64,000 nt of DNA from contig OY740812.1 of NCBI GenBank assembly GCA_963514005.1, positions 17,980,001-18,044,000 of the forward strand, read 5' to 3'. Source of the stretch: Raja brachyura. Its lineage: Eukaryota. The notes beneath the pieces were generated by a model. It saw only the letters and a program-made list of their open reading frames with translations, ran no database searches and was not told the DNA's origin. The translations under genes and the position numbers were made by a program. Below, piece after piece: positions 37,377 to 50,557 of this stretch; position 1 is the first letter of the stretch; every line of letters begins with the position of its first letter.

Positions 37377-38202
37377 CTACAAACATAAATGCATCTCTTA
37401 AAATGGAGTCACACTGAAGTCGTTTAATGCCTACTGCACATATACTGCAAGTGGCTTCTCCGGAATATTTTATTTCCAGTCCTGCCCATCAGTTTATTCA
37501 ACAACGTCCGGTTTATTCAACAACCCTAGCTCCACCTCGACAACAGAACACTATGGCCCACTTAAGATAGACAAAATGCTGGAGTAACTCAGCGGGTCAG
37601 GCAGCATCTCTGGAAAGAAGGAATGGGTGACGTTTCAGATCTAGGCCCTTCAGAAGAAGGGTCTCCAGAGATGCTGCCTGTCCCGCTGAGTTACTCCAGC
37701 ATTTTGTGTCTATCTTCAGTTAAACGAGCATCTGCAGTTCCTTCCTACACTACGGTTCACCTGTCGCACTTCCGTAGACTTGTTTCTTTTTTAATCATGT
37801 TTCTGCACTGGCGACTTGTTTTTTTTTGGTACCATCTTTCTTTTAGAATTTTATGTATACTTTGGTTTCTTGTGTGCCTGTCTCCAGTCTGTGATGCTGC
37901 TGCAAGCAAGATTTTTCATTGTGCCTGTACCTCACTGTACTTGTGTAAATGATAATAAACTTGAACTTGTTCTGGCCTGTATGTGACTGCAGGCACAAAC
38001 CAATGCACGAATAAGATGGGCTGAAGATATGTTCCAGGAGGAAAATGTGTTCAGGAAAGGACAATAGATACCATGTTGATCAACATAAGCCACATGCACA
38101 AAGAAATAATAAATTAAATCTGCATCCCAACTACTTCACCATCTCATAATAATATCTCAGGGAAATATTGGTGACTCCAGCCCACCGTATCCCTGGTCTT
38201 AC

Positions 38203-38323
38203 CCGGTACTTTCTTCGGGTGAAAGCCAGGCGGCCGAGGCATATCCTCGATAACTTCGTAGAGCGGTTTGAACAGGAGGAAGTGCTGCTCCGCATTTTCA
38301 TCTCCGGCCATCTTATCCACAGC
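38203..38323 (-). CDS. ACBD4: ACBD4-like coding exon 4 (AVDKMAGDENAEQHFLLFKPLYEVIEDMPRPPGFHPKKVP)
   Basis: The F.PLY.VI.DMPRPP motif is the one I recall from ACBD4 rather than ACBD5; acceptor cactcag|, donor G|GTAAGA; 121 nt, phase 0 to 1. Confidence 0.92.
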
Positions 38324-41172
38324 CTGAGTGAATGGATTTCAGATAACATTAACATTTCTAGCTTGGCAGAACACCGCTCAGCCATTGTTCCTGTTGCAAG
38401 CCAAAAATAATAAACTTCTTGGATCTGCAATAATAAACAACTATTTTATTTTGAATTAAATATTGCTAACCAGGGACAAGCATCCGTCCACTGCTGTTTG
38501 CTCTAAATGCCTCATTAGTAATGTGAGCATTAGGCTCTTGTTTCAGAATTTGAAATTTGAATCCATAAAAGTCAATGGAGCTGACTTTCAGTCAGAGATT
38601 TCACTGTGCGCATGTTACAAGACCAAGCATTTACACTGTAGTTCCCTAAAATAATAAAATTAAACACATATTTTGACACCAATCTAAACGTAATGAATTC
38701 TGTAATATTATTTGTGAGGGGGGTGAAGATTTTAAGGTGAGGGGGGAAGATTAAAAACAAACATTTAAAACAAATAATTTATACAATGTGTGGTAAGTAC
38801 TTGGAACGAGCTGCCAGAGGAGGTAATTGAGGCAGGCACATTTAAAAAACATTTGGATAGGTATATGGATAGGAATGGTTTAGAGGGAAAATGGTCAAAC
38901 ACAGGCGGGTGGGACGAGTGTAGATCGGGCATGTTGATCAGCATGCGCAAGTTTCAACAGTGTATGATTCTGTGACTATTATTAATCCTGAATGATATGA
39001 CTAATCATTGAAAAAAAAACCTCCAGATTCAATTTGTGTACAAATGTATGGCAATGATGGACAACATCTTGTCCACAAAATGTTTGAAGTTTTTGTTACC
39101 TTTACCTTGTTCAGAATTAAAGGAATGATTTTTTGTGAATTGAGGTTTGAAATTCTGCAAATGTGCAATTGTAAAGATGAATCCACCCGTATCCCGCTGG
39201 TGGTTTTAAAATGTCCCAAGTAATTGGTTCCTGAAGTGAAGGGCCAATTAAAATGTCTTGTTGAAAAGCAAGTCGAAAAAAAAGATGCCAAAAAAAAAAA
39301 TCAGAAATGAAACCATGAAATACTGGAAACATTCAGCATGTCAGGCAGCATGTGCAGAGAGAGACAGCAGACAACGGTCTGAAGGGTCTCGACTGGAAAT
39401 GTCACCTATTCCTTTTCTCTAAAGATATTGATGGACCTGCTGAATTACTCCAGCTTTTTGTGTCTATTCCACCACGGTGTCCTTTGTGTATTAACCAGCA
39501 TCTGGTGAAAGACTTGGATAGAGTAGATGTGAAGAGAATGTATCCACCAGTGGGAGAGTCTAGTACTGGAGGTCACAGCCTCAAAATTAAAGGACGTTCT
39601 TTTAAGAAGGAGACGAGGAGAAATGTATTTAGTCAGAGGGTGGTGAATCTGCGGAATTCTTTGCCACAGAAGGATGTGGAGGCAAAGTCAGTGAATATTT
39701 TTAAGGCAAAGATAGATTCTTGATTAGTACAGGTGTCAGATGTTATAAGGGAGAAAGGGTTTAGGAGGGAGAGATAGGTCAGCCATGATGGAATGGCAGA
39801 GTAGGCTTGATGGGCCAAATGGCCTAATTCTACTCCTATTCCTTATGACCTTATGTGTAGTTCGTTGTTTCTACAGCTATGGTTCAGGTCATTGGTCTTT
39901 CATCACTTCCAGAATTCAAAGTTACAAGTATCACTGTCTCTGGTTGTGTTGGTACCACAGACAGCAGATACAGGCCTTTGAAACCACAGTTTCTCCTAGT
40001 TTAAAGAGGCAGACAGTTCCTGTTCCTTCAAAGCCTCCACAGCCACCAACAGAATTACTGTAATATCTGGATCCAATCCTCCCTCCACCAGTTCTCACTT
40101 CCCTCTTCCTGCCTACTTTCACATCCCACTCTGGTTCACACCTCACCTTGCTGGTCATCAGTTCTCCCAGTTTCTGATCCCCATGTCTTCCCAGGCTTTA
40201 TGTCTCTCTCATTCTGTAGCTGCCTATTAATTAATCTAACCCTTGACTATTCACCTTTAAATAGCACAGTTTGGAATTACATTTAACCATGCAGCAAATA
40301 TGCCACCTCACACATAATTTATGTCCTTTCCAGCTCCCAAAATGTTGGGTTTTGCAGCACACTGAAATTCCAAAAATTGGAACGAGGGTCAAATCTGCCC
40401 GTGTCTTGCCCGTTAAATGCAGGGCAAGAGAGAAGATGATGAATGGACCTGTGGGAAGCAGTTCAGTCACTAGTTTGGAAGAATATACAATTACTCTTTA
40501 ATCAGCTAACAGTTTGCATATTAATGCCCAGTCCACATCCCCCAACTGAAATATTGTCTATCCATGTGTAGGAAGGAACTGCAGATGATAGCTTATACCG
40601 AAGATAAACACAAAATGCTGGATCACTCAGCAGGTCAGGCAGCATCTCTATGTCCTAATGCCATAGTGACATAGTGCATGCAGTTGCCATTGTTGATACT
40701 ATTGATTGATCCTATTTATCTAAAAATAAACAAGGTCTTGCTTAATCCCACTGTTCCTGCTGTGGAACCTCCATCTGGAGATGTTGCCCAACTCGCTCAG
40801 TTCCTCCAGCAATTGGGGCTATATCCAGCAACTTTGTAAAACCCAAAGTATCTAAATTTCTACATAGCCAACCCCCTTGTCTACATTTCTTTTTGCGCTC
40901 CTCTCCAGAGAACTTGTGCATGACTCCTCAGTGACACTGATAAACTTGGCAGAACTTTGTGCAAGTTCACACTCTTGCTCACTTTATGACACATCAGAGA
41001 CAATTTTGCATCTTCTAGCATTGCCATTCCTTCATCAAGGGTTATAGGAATAGGCTAGCTTTCTTAGCTTATTTCCTTAAAATAAAATATCCATTAACAT
41101 CTTTTCAATGCAAGAAAAACAACTTTGCCTTTTGCACAGAGAGCTGGTGGAATCGAGCACTGGAGAACCTAC

Positions 41173-41257
41173 CTCCCCTGCGGATGTTTTAATCTCTTCC
41201 ACGTAGTTTGTCATGGCTTCTCTTTTTGACATGTTCCCGAGAGCTTTCCAAGCATCC
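41173..41257 (-). CDS. ACBD4: ACBD4-like coding exon 3 (DAWKALGNMSKREAMTNYVEEIKTSAGE)
   Basis: ACBP C-terminal helices DAW..LG.MS.EEAM..YV; acceptor cctgcag|, donor GAG|GTAGGT; 85 nt, phase 2 to 0. Confidence 0.95.
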
Positions 41258-42908
41258 CTGCAGGAGACAACACACCTGTTCACTGCCAGATATTGCCTAT
41301 TCCACCCTGTGCACATCCAATCAAATTTGCAGTGATCTTCAAACGTTGGGGAGAACATATAATCAGTAATGAAATCATTCACTGCAATTGTATCTACACA
41401 GGGCCATTATAAATTTGGCGCTGAGCAACACAACCATTTTACACACTCACACTACACATAATATACAACCTTTAAAAGGGTCCCATTGACCTACTTAAAT
41501 ACCCATATGCAAACCTTTTTTTGTTTATAAAGTGTTTTGAAATTTAATGATCTACAAAATGCTACTTATAGGCACAGAAAATATCAAATAATTTATCAAG
41601 CAATACTATACTGTGTAAGATTACTTGATTACCCTACCATGGGTGTATTTATATTGCGTTTTGCACTTGTCTATTTCTTTTCACATTCTTGTAGCATTTT
41701 CCTACCATTCTTCCATTTGTTTGGTTGATAATTGTCACGTGTAATGAGGTAGAGTGAAAAGGTTTTTGTTGCGTGCTATCCAATCAGCAAAAAGACCACA
41801 CATGATTACACAAGATGTCCACCGTGCACAGACACAGGACAAAGGGAATAATGTTTAGTGCAAGGTAATGTCCAATTAATGTACCCGTGGAGCTTCTGCT
41901 CGTTAGATTCTCATTGTGCCTGTACTTCACCGTACAGGCACAATGCATATGACAATATAATTAACTCAGCTTGATTACTTTGCTATTATCAATGTTAATA
42001 CAGCGCAGAAACAGGACATCCGGCCCACCGACCAGCGATCCCCGCACATTAACACTACCCTACACACACACTGCGGACAATTTACACTTGTACCAAGTCA
42101 ATTAACCAACAAACCTGTACGTCTTTGGAGTGTGGGAGGAAACTGAAGATCTCAGAGAAAACCCATGCAGTCACGGGGGAAACATACAAACTCCGTACAG
42201 ACAGATGCACAGAGTCTCTTGCCCAGAGCAGGTGAATCGAGGACCGGGGACATGGGTTTAAGGTGAAGGGAAAACATTCAATAGGAACCTGAGGGGTAAA
42301 ATCTTCACACAAAGGGTGGTGGATGTATTGAACAAGCTGCCAGAGAAGGTAGTTGAGGCACGGACTATCCCAACATTTAAGAAACAGTTAGACAGGTACA
42401 TGGATTGGATAGGTTTGGAGCGATATGGACCAATTGCTGGCAGATGGGACTAGTGTAGATGGGACATGTTAGCCAGTGTGGGCAAGTTGGGCCAAAGGGC
42501 AAGCACTGTAAGGCAGCAACTCTACCACTGCGCCACTGTGCCTCCCGTAACATAACAATATGTTAAGTATGTTTATTCATTTCTTGATGTATAATTCTTA
42601 CTGGATAAAATGAATTCACTGCTGCATCTTGTGCCCATTGGACTGTGGAAATACTGATAACATTGGGAATATGATTTGAGTGGAGACATTTCAGATTACA
42701 ACAACAAAAAAGACCAATTCAGACTTTGTTTTTGGAGCTTTTAAAAAATAATTAGTAACATTTTGGAGCCAGTGTGCTCTGGGATGAATGAAGGGAAAAG
42801 CTGATCATGGAAAGAATTGAATGACTGAAGGTTTGATCAGGAAAAAAAAAACATCTTGACAGGTCTTGGCAACTGGAGAGGGGTACATATACGTTTTACT
42901 CAGAGTAA

Positions 42909-43226
42909 TGGGGCGATCCCACTGTATGAGCTAATTCAAGAGTTCTCCCGAGTTTCCCCTGATTTGAACTCGGAGAATTATGGTAATAGCCGCTTGTAGG
43001 TACTCGGGGCTCTCGTGGACATTTTTCAACATGTTGAAAAATCTTCACGAGTCTTCACGAGATTACCGTGTTTCCAAAGTACCTGCCGTTAGCATTACGT
43101 GCCGCTAAGAGACGTCCCGAGCTTCGACGTACCCGCTACGTACAATCTACGTGCTTACCATGGGTGTGATTTTTTTTTAAAACTCGGGAGAGCTCTTGAA
43201 TTACCTCGTACAGCGGGACAGGCCCT
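42909..43226. mobile_element. PIF/Harbinger-type MITE
   Basis: Imperfect TIRs of about 45 bp (..tcccactgtatgagctaattcaagagttctcccgagttt / aaactcgggagagctcttgaattacctcgtacagcgggacaggccct); TAA on both sides. Confidence 0.8.
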
Positions 43227-43757
43227 TAACTCTCTGCCAATGGAGTTGGTGGAAATCGATAGAATCACCACGTTGGAGACATTTAACAACTTTGAATAAG
43301 TCAGGGAAGGGGCCCTAATAGGATTAGTGTAGGTACATTAAAAAAATCAGCGTTGACATGGAAAGTCAAGTAGCCCATTTCTGCACACTAACTATGGATT
43401 TTTAATTAGAATTATTGAACTTTGTTGTTTGCTTTATGATGTTATCAATTAAGTACTCTGCATACAGATCTGTTACGCTACTGGAAGTAAGATTGTCATT
43501 GTTCCGTTTCGGTACATATAACCATTAAACACTCTTGATTGAAAGTTATAATTCACAAGTGGCCAGCACAGTGGCGCAGCTGGTAGTGCTGCTGCCTCAC
43601 TGTGCCAAACACCTGGGTTCAATCCAGACCTCGGACCGTGCTCTCTGTCTGGAGTTTGCATGTTCTCCCTGAAAAAGCATGGGTTTTCTCCCACAACCCA
43701 AAGACCTGTGGCATTTTGTGGATTAATTGGCCTCTGCAAAATTGACTCTGGTGTGTA

Positions 43758-44421
43758 AACATAGAAACATAGAAATTAGGTGCAGGAGTGGGCCATTCGG
43801 CCATTCGGCCCTTCGAGCCTGCACCGCCATTCAATATGATCATGGCTGATCATCCAACTCAGTATCCCGTACCTGCCTTCTCTCCATACCCTCTGATCCC
43901 CTTAGCCACAAGGGCCACATCTAACTCCCTCTTAAATATAGCCAATGAACTGGCCTCAACTACCCTCTGTGGCAGAGAGTTCCAGAGACCCACCACTCTC
44001 TGTGTGAAAAAAGTCCTTCTCATCTCGGTCCTAAAGGATTTCCCCCTTATCCTTAAGCTGTGACCCCTTGTCCTGGACCTCCCAACATCGGGAACAATCT
44101 TCCTGCATCTAGCCTGTCCAACCCCTTAAGAATTTTGTAAGTTTCTATAAGATCCCCTCTCAATCTCCTAAATTCTAGAGAGTATAAACCGAGTCTATGC
44201 AGTCTTTCTTCATAAGACAGTCCTGACATCCCAGGAATCAGTCTGGTGAACCTTCTCTGCACTCCCTCTATGGCAATAATGTCCTTCCTCAGATTTGGAG
44301 ACCAGAAATGTACGCAATACTCCAGGTGTGGTCTCACCAAGACCCTATACAACTGAAGTAGAACCTGCCTGCTCCTATACTCAAATCCTTTTGCTATGAA
44401 AGCTAACATACCATTCGCTTT
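43758..44421 (-). mobile_element. Young CR1 3' fragment inserted in a SINE (SINE halves about 43566-43757 and 44435-44522)
   Basis: ORF 44053..44409 is almost identical to the RT C-terminus in 30460..31746; (CATAGAAA)n tail at the left end. Confidence 0.92.
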
Positions 44422-45024
44422 CTCAATTCATTCGAGAGGATGCGAAAGGATGAGAAAGTGGGATAACGTAATTAGTGTGAACGGTTGATGGATGGTCAGC
44501 ATGGACTCGGTGGGCCGAAGGGTAGGTTAATCCTGTAAATGAATGAATTGAGAAATGTGTTATAACACCCTTCAACTGAGGTGAAGTAACTGAACATCTC
44601 CAAAATCTTTCACCATTGTTAAAAACTTTAATATTTGAAAAATGTTTTCCTGGTGTTTAACCATAAGGCACCTGCTCACGTGGAAAAGCACAAGAGCTCT
44701 GGTCTGCCTCCATAGTCCCTGAAGAAGGGGCTCGATGCAAAACGTCACCCATTCCTTCTCTCCAGAGATACGGCCTGTCCTCCTGAGTTACTCCAGCATT
44801 GTGTCTATCCCTAGTGGGAGGCTCCAGTTAATGAACCCACACGTGCCTGAGGCAATAAGTGGCCAATTAGTGGTAGAGGATAAGAGTAGAGTTGTGAAAA
44901 TGGTCTTAGTCTAGTTTCAAATCCTATTATCTAATGAATCCCTAATATTACTTCAATTACATTGGCAAGAACAACAGCAATTTCCAAGGTTACATACAGT
45001 TCAAGAGTAATAATTAGGATTTCT

Positions 45025-45078
45025 GGGGTGGAAGATTGCAAACCTCACGTGGTCCGCCCTGTTTTGACTAATGCAGTC
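45025..45078 (+). ncRNA. Predicted minimal HDV-like self-cleaving ribozyme
   Basis: P1 GGGGUGG/CCGCCCU with G1-U wobble; P2 GAUUGCA/UGCAGUC; P3 ACC/GGU around L3 (U)UCACGU; J4/2 C-U-A-A with candidate catalytic C45068. Folded by eye; activity untested. Confidence 0.7.
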
Positions 45079-45119
45079 CTACAACTTTAGGCTGTGCACG
45101 CCACACGAAAGAAGAGAAG
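45025..45119 (+). mobile_element. 95-bp non-autonomous retroposon with HDV-like ribozyme head and AAG-rich tail
   Basis: Perfect 10-bp TSD taggatttct at 45015-45024 and 45120-45129; homologous copy at 51139-51257. Confidence 0.85.
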
Positions 45120-45155
45120 TAGGATTTCTAATGGATTGAAAGATTAGCAATGTAA

Positions 45156-45425
45156 TGGCCCTGTCCCATGGTACAAGTTCATTCCAAGAGCTCTCCTGAG
45201 TTAAAAAAAAATCAAACTCGTGGTAAGCACGGAGAATGAATGTAGCGGGGACAACTGTTAGCGGCTCGTAACGCTAACGGCAGGTCCTCGGGAAGACTGG
45301 CTAACGGCAGGTAAGCTCTGAGAGCCCAGAGTACCGACGAGCGGCCATTACCGTAAATTTCCAAGTTCGAATCAGGGCAAACTCGTGAGACTCTTGGAAT
45401 GAACACGTACCGTGGGACAGGACCA
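45156..45425. mobile_element. PIF/Harbinger-type MITE, same family as 42909-43226, opposite orientation
   Basis: TIRs tggccctgtcccatggtac... / ...gtaccgtgggacaggacca; TAA at 45153-45155 and 45426-45428. Confidence 0.8.
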
Positions 45426-45703
45426 TAAATCATGAACTGATTTGCCAATTTCCCCAAACGCGAAAAATTGTCCAATGAAGGGGAAATGTCTGGCATGAAA
45501 CTAAATAATTTGGCTCATCAAAGCCTCACTGGAAAATCCCCCATTTACTTTTTTCCAATTCCTTTGAGTTTCCAAACATCAAAGGGAAACCAAAACCAGC
45601 TCCGTCTACATATTAAAACAAAAGGCACAATGATTTATCTGTGGCTAGGAATCACCGTACTTCCTTCACCTTCATTTGATAGATAACACAAGGCAAAGGT
45701 TAC

Positions 45704-45824
45704 CATTTTATGCGTCCTACGGGGTCCCAGAAGCCAGGCCTGCTGATGGTACAGGGGCCAACAGTCGACTGTTTGTAGTAGCTGTAAAACTTCAGCATCT
45801 TCCCATGGGACGGCTGGTAAGAAC
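45704..45824 (-). CDS. ACBD4: ACBD4-like coding exon 2 ([41 protein letters not shown])
   Basis: ACBP signature YSYYKQ...GPC...RPGFWDP.GR.KW; acceptor ccatcag|, donor TG|GTAACC; 121 nt, phase 1 to 2. Confidence 0.96.
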
Positions 45825-45974
45825 CTGATGGCAGAGAGACAAATTAAAAATAGCGCACTTTATTTGGTCCTCTGCGATATTTCCACTTGGCCACCTGCTG
45901 CTGCCATTCACAGATGAAAGAAAAGATTAATATTTCTGGAGTGGTTCCCACATTCCACGTAAGAGAGACACCTA

Positions 45975-47365
45975 CGCCAGATTTTTATTCATAGAATACG
46001 GCTCTACTTTTAATACCATTACCCCATCCAGACTCAGCTCCAAACCTATGGAACGTGGAGTCAGCACTCATCTCTACAAATGGATCCCTGACTTCCTGAC
46101 CAACAGACCACAATCAGTGAGGATAGGAGACAAATCGTCCTCTACAATAATCTTCAATAATGGTGCTCCACAAAGATAGGTTCTCAGCCTCCTCCCTTAC
46201 TCCTTACACACCCATAACTGTGCAGCCAAGTGCAAGTCCAACTCAATTTACAAATTCATGGATGATATCACCGTAGTGGGTCATAATGATGAGACTGCGT
46301 AGAGGAAGGAGATTGAGAACCTCTTAACCTAGTGTCAAGGCAATAACCAGGTTAATTTTTCGGGATGGTGGGATTGACATATGATGAAAGAATAGATCAA
46401 CTGGGATTATAGTCACTGGAATTTAGAAGGATGAGAGGGGATCTTATATACAATTCTTAAATGATTGGACAGGCTAGATGCAAGAAAAATGTTCCCGAAG
46501 TTGGGGGAAGTCCAGAACCAGGGGTCACAGAGTAAGAATAAGGGGTAGGCCATTTAGGACTGAGATGAGGTTAAAAAAAACCTCACCCAGAGAGTTGCAA
46601 ATCTGTGGAATTCTCTGCCACAGAAGGCAGTGAAGGCCAATTCATTGGATATATTCAAGAGAGAGTTGGATATAGCTCTTAATGCTAACGGAATCAAGCG
46701 ACATGGGGAGAAAGCAGGAACGGGGTACTGATTTTGGATGATCAACCATGATCATATTGAATGGTGCTGGTTTGATGGGCTGAATGGCCTACTTCTGCAC
46801 CTATTTTCTATGTTTGTATGTTTCTGACCTTTCAATGTCAGCAAGACAAAGGACATAGTGATCGACTTCAGGAGGCAAAGTGGTACACACACCGTGGTAT
46901 ACATTGACGGCGCTGAAGTAGAGATACTGGGAGTCAATATCACCAGCAATTTGTCCTGGACTAGCCATATCGAATCCATGACCAAGATAGCATACCAACA
47001 TCTCTACTTCCTTAAAAGGCTTAGGAAGTTTGGCATGTCCCCTACAACTCTAACCAACTTCTAAAGATGGGCAGTAGAAAGCATTTTATCGGGCTAAATC
47101 ACAGCATGGTTTGGGAACAGCTCCATTGAAGACAGCAAGATATTGCAGAGAATTGTGGACACAGCCCAGACCATTACACAAACCAATCTTCCACTGACTA
47201 CATCTACACTTTGCGCTGCCTCACAATACCACCAGCATAATCAAGGACTAGCCTCAACCCAGACACTTCCTCTTCTCCCCTCCGCCATCAGACAAGAGGT
47301 ATAGAAGCAGGAAAACGCATACCTCCAGATTCAGGGACACTATTCCCAGCTGTTATCAGACAACA
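45975..47365 (+). mobile_element. Degraded Rex1-like LINE RT region, interrupted by a CR1 3' fragment (about 46349-46825)
   Basis: Remnants of WI.DFLTNRPQSVRIG, GAPQ, and LGVNITSNLSWTSHI...LYFLKRLRKFGMSPTTLTNF with stops. Confidence 0.8.
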
Positions 47366-50300
47366 CCAACTAGAGAGAGGTCCTGAGCTAGACTGCCAGA
47401 CTATCTTTAATCAGACTTTACCATGCACTAAATGACCATTCTACATTTCCTTGATCGTCATTTGCTTTGATCTGTCATTTTCACACCTTCCTCTTCCATA
47501 TCTCTACTTTCCTCCTCCCATGACTCACAGTCTGAAGGGTCTCGACGTGAAATGTCACCCATTCCTTCTTTACAGAGATGCTGCCTGTCCCGCTGAGTTA
47601 CTCCAGCATTTTGGGTTTTTCTTCGATATAAACCAGCATCTGTAGTTCCTTCCTACAGGTTATTCCCTTTATCCTGTATCTCTTCACTGGACTGCTCGAT
47701 TGTAATCATGCATAATTGTTTCGCTGACTGGATGGCGTGCATCAAAAAGCATTTCTCTGTACCTCTGTACATGTGACAATAAGCTATTAAACCTTTGGCA
47801 CCCTTATCAAGAACCTAAGAATCTCCACTTTAAAAATGCATTTTGCAATCAATTGCATTCATACTGAATTAATACTTTACCATCAAACTATAGCCCTAAT
47901 GAGAATTTTTAAGACAGCTTTGACTTAGACGAGTTGACAAGCAAAAATAGTTTAAAGATTAATGAAGCAGAATGCATTATTCATCCATTCACGAATATGG
48001 TTAATTGGAAATTTTATTTCATACTCCCATTACTTCAATAGTTTTAATATTGATTTTAAGCGCTCCAAAACGCATGAGCGCAAACCAATAATATTTTTTA
48101 AAAAACTAAATAAATGTTATTTCACCATTCATTTTTTGAAAATCCATTTACAAGCAATGAGTGGCACTTGCAAGGCCAACATTGATTGTCTACCTTAGAT
48201 ACCCTTGATAAGGTGTTGAACCTTCCAACTACATATATTTATACGTTCAATACATTCATTGAAATACATGACTGCATCTTAGCCTCATAATGTAAATGAT
48301 TTGCTCTGAACTTAGTGACATTTATTTTTTTAGAAACATATATTGTTACACCTAGGCCCAAATCCCTCAGGAAATATGTAGCAAAGGGAGGGTTCTTAAA
48401 ACATTTCAGTTAAATTTGAATAATAAATTATCAACGGTGTAAAATGTTATGGTGGCAATCTGGCTTCATGAACAACATGTTAAAATCCAGTGCCCATTCC
48501 TATATATATATATATATAGACACTAATCCACTGCAAGATATGCAGCCAGGACATTGCACTGAGGTACTGATTATTTTTCCTCAATTTGCAAAAGTAAATT
48601 AAAACAATAAGAATGAAATTTGGAATGAAATCCTACACTTGTTATAACTTTGTAGCTTGAGTAAAACATAAAGTGCTGGAGGAACTCAGCGAGTCAGGCA
48701 GCAACTGTGGATGGGAATAGACAAGTGATGTGTCAGAACGGGACCCTTCTTCCGACGGATGTAGGAAGTGGAAGAAAGCTGGAAATGAGAGGTTGGGGTG
48801 GGATAAATGCTGGCACGTGATAGGTGGACAAAGGTGAGGGGGAGTATGCTGGAAGGAACTGCAGATGCTGTGGGTCTATCATCCACAGAAGATGGACCCA
48901 AAATGCTGGAGTAACTCAGTGGGACAGACAGCATCTCTGGAAAGTAGAAATGGATGACGTTTGGGTTGAGACCCTTCTTCAGGTGAGGGGGAGGTTTGCC
49001 TGGCCTGACTTTCAATAAAATCCTGGCTGATCATGCACCTTGGAACAACATTTCCTGTACCAATCCCAAATTTCACTGGGTCGCAAGAAATGCTAAGTGA
49101 TTTCACTCTCCCTGACCCTAGCAGGGTCCCTTTACTTCTCAATCGTGGCATTGAACGGCTGCACATTTAATAATAAACCTCACAGAAACACAAGCCGAAA
49201 TCTTTCAGCAAAACACGATGTGCTGGAGGAACTCAGCAGGTTAGGCTGCGTACGCGGGGGGAAATGGACAGGTGACTTTTTGGGATGGGATCCTTCTTCG
49301 GACTGATTAGAATAGGGAGAAGAAAGCTGAAAAGGGGTGGCAGGAAAAGGCCTGGTGAGTGATAGGTGGATACAGGTGAGGGGGGGGACGGCATATGGAT
49401 GAAGCAAGTCAGAGGCTAAAGAAAAGATGAAAAAAGGTGTGATATATGGTGATAAGAGGGGGGGGGGGGGGGGAAAGGGAGGGGAAACTTTATCATCTAC
49501 CAATCAACCCCCCCTCCCAAACTGTATCCACCTATTGCTTTTGTAGAAAAGAGCTGCAGATGCTGGTTTAAATCAAAGGTAGACAAAATGCTGGAGTAAC
49601 TCAGCAGGACAGGCAGCATTTCTGGAGAGAAGGAATGGGTGACGTTTCGGGTCGAGACCCTCCTTCAGACCTATCACTTGCCATATTTTGTCCTGATTTT
49701 ACTTCATGCTCCACATGCATCAAAAGCCTTCCAATCCAGACACTGCACAATCTAGAACGCTGCTGACACAGACTACAGGACTGGGACGATGTCCAGTGGG
49801 AATTCTGACTGAGGATTGTGCGTGGATTGTGCCTGTCGGCTGCTCACAGCGAGCTCAGAGGTACCAAAAGTATTAGAAGATAGACTGAATATGCTGGAGT
49901 AACTCAGCAGGACAGGCAGCATCTCTGGAGAGAAGGAATGGGTGACCTTTCGGGTCGAGACCCTTCTTCAGACTGATCTGTCTGATCAGCATCTGCAGTT
50001 CGTTCCTACCAAAGTATTAGGTTAGGCCACACACCACATATAACCAACTTTATAAATAAGTTAAGCCAAAGTTATAATTCTTAGTTAGACACTGATGGGA
50101 CACCGAGGGAGACAACTTCTACACAACTTTCCCGTGTTACCTTCACTTCATTTGCTATTCTTTCTTTATTTCCACTAGGCATAAAGTTGCATTTAAGACA
50201 CTTTTGGATATATACATGGATATGCAGGGAATGGAGGAATAGGCATTATGTGCAGGCAGATAAGAGTTGGTCTCGACACAGCACAGACACTGCAGGCCAA

Positions 50301-50557
50301 AGGGCCTGTTCCTGTGCTATACTATTCTCTGTAAATCAATGTTGGAATTTGATATTTCTTTGAAAGGTCCGATGCAACCAGATAATGTTCTACCATTTCA
50401 ATTGTTTGGCTGATGCAGACTCATAATTTCACACGTAGATGTTCAAGTTATTATAGTTGACAGAATGTATTGCGATGGTATCTCCCTTGTGTTTATGGAT
50501 CAGACAGTGACTTAAAGTCCCATTTCAGAAATGTTTTCCTTTGTGCTTTATAGATCC

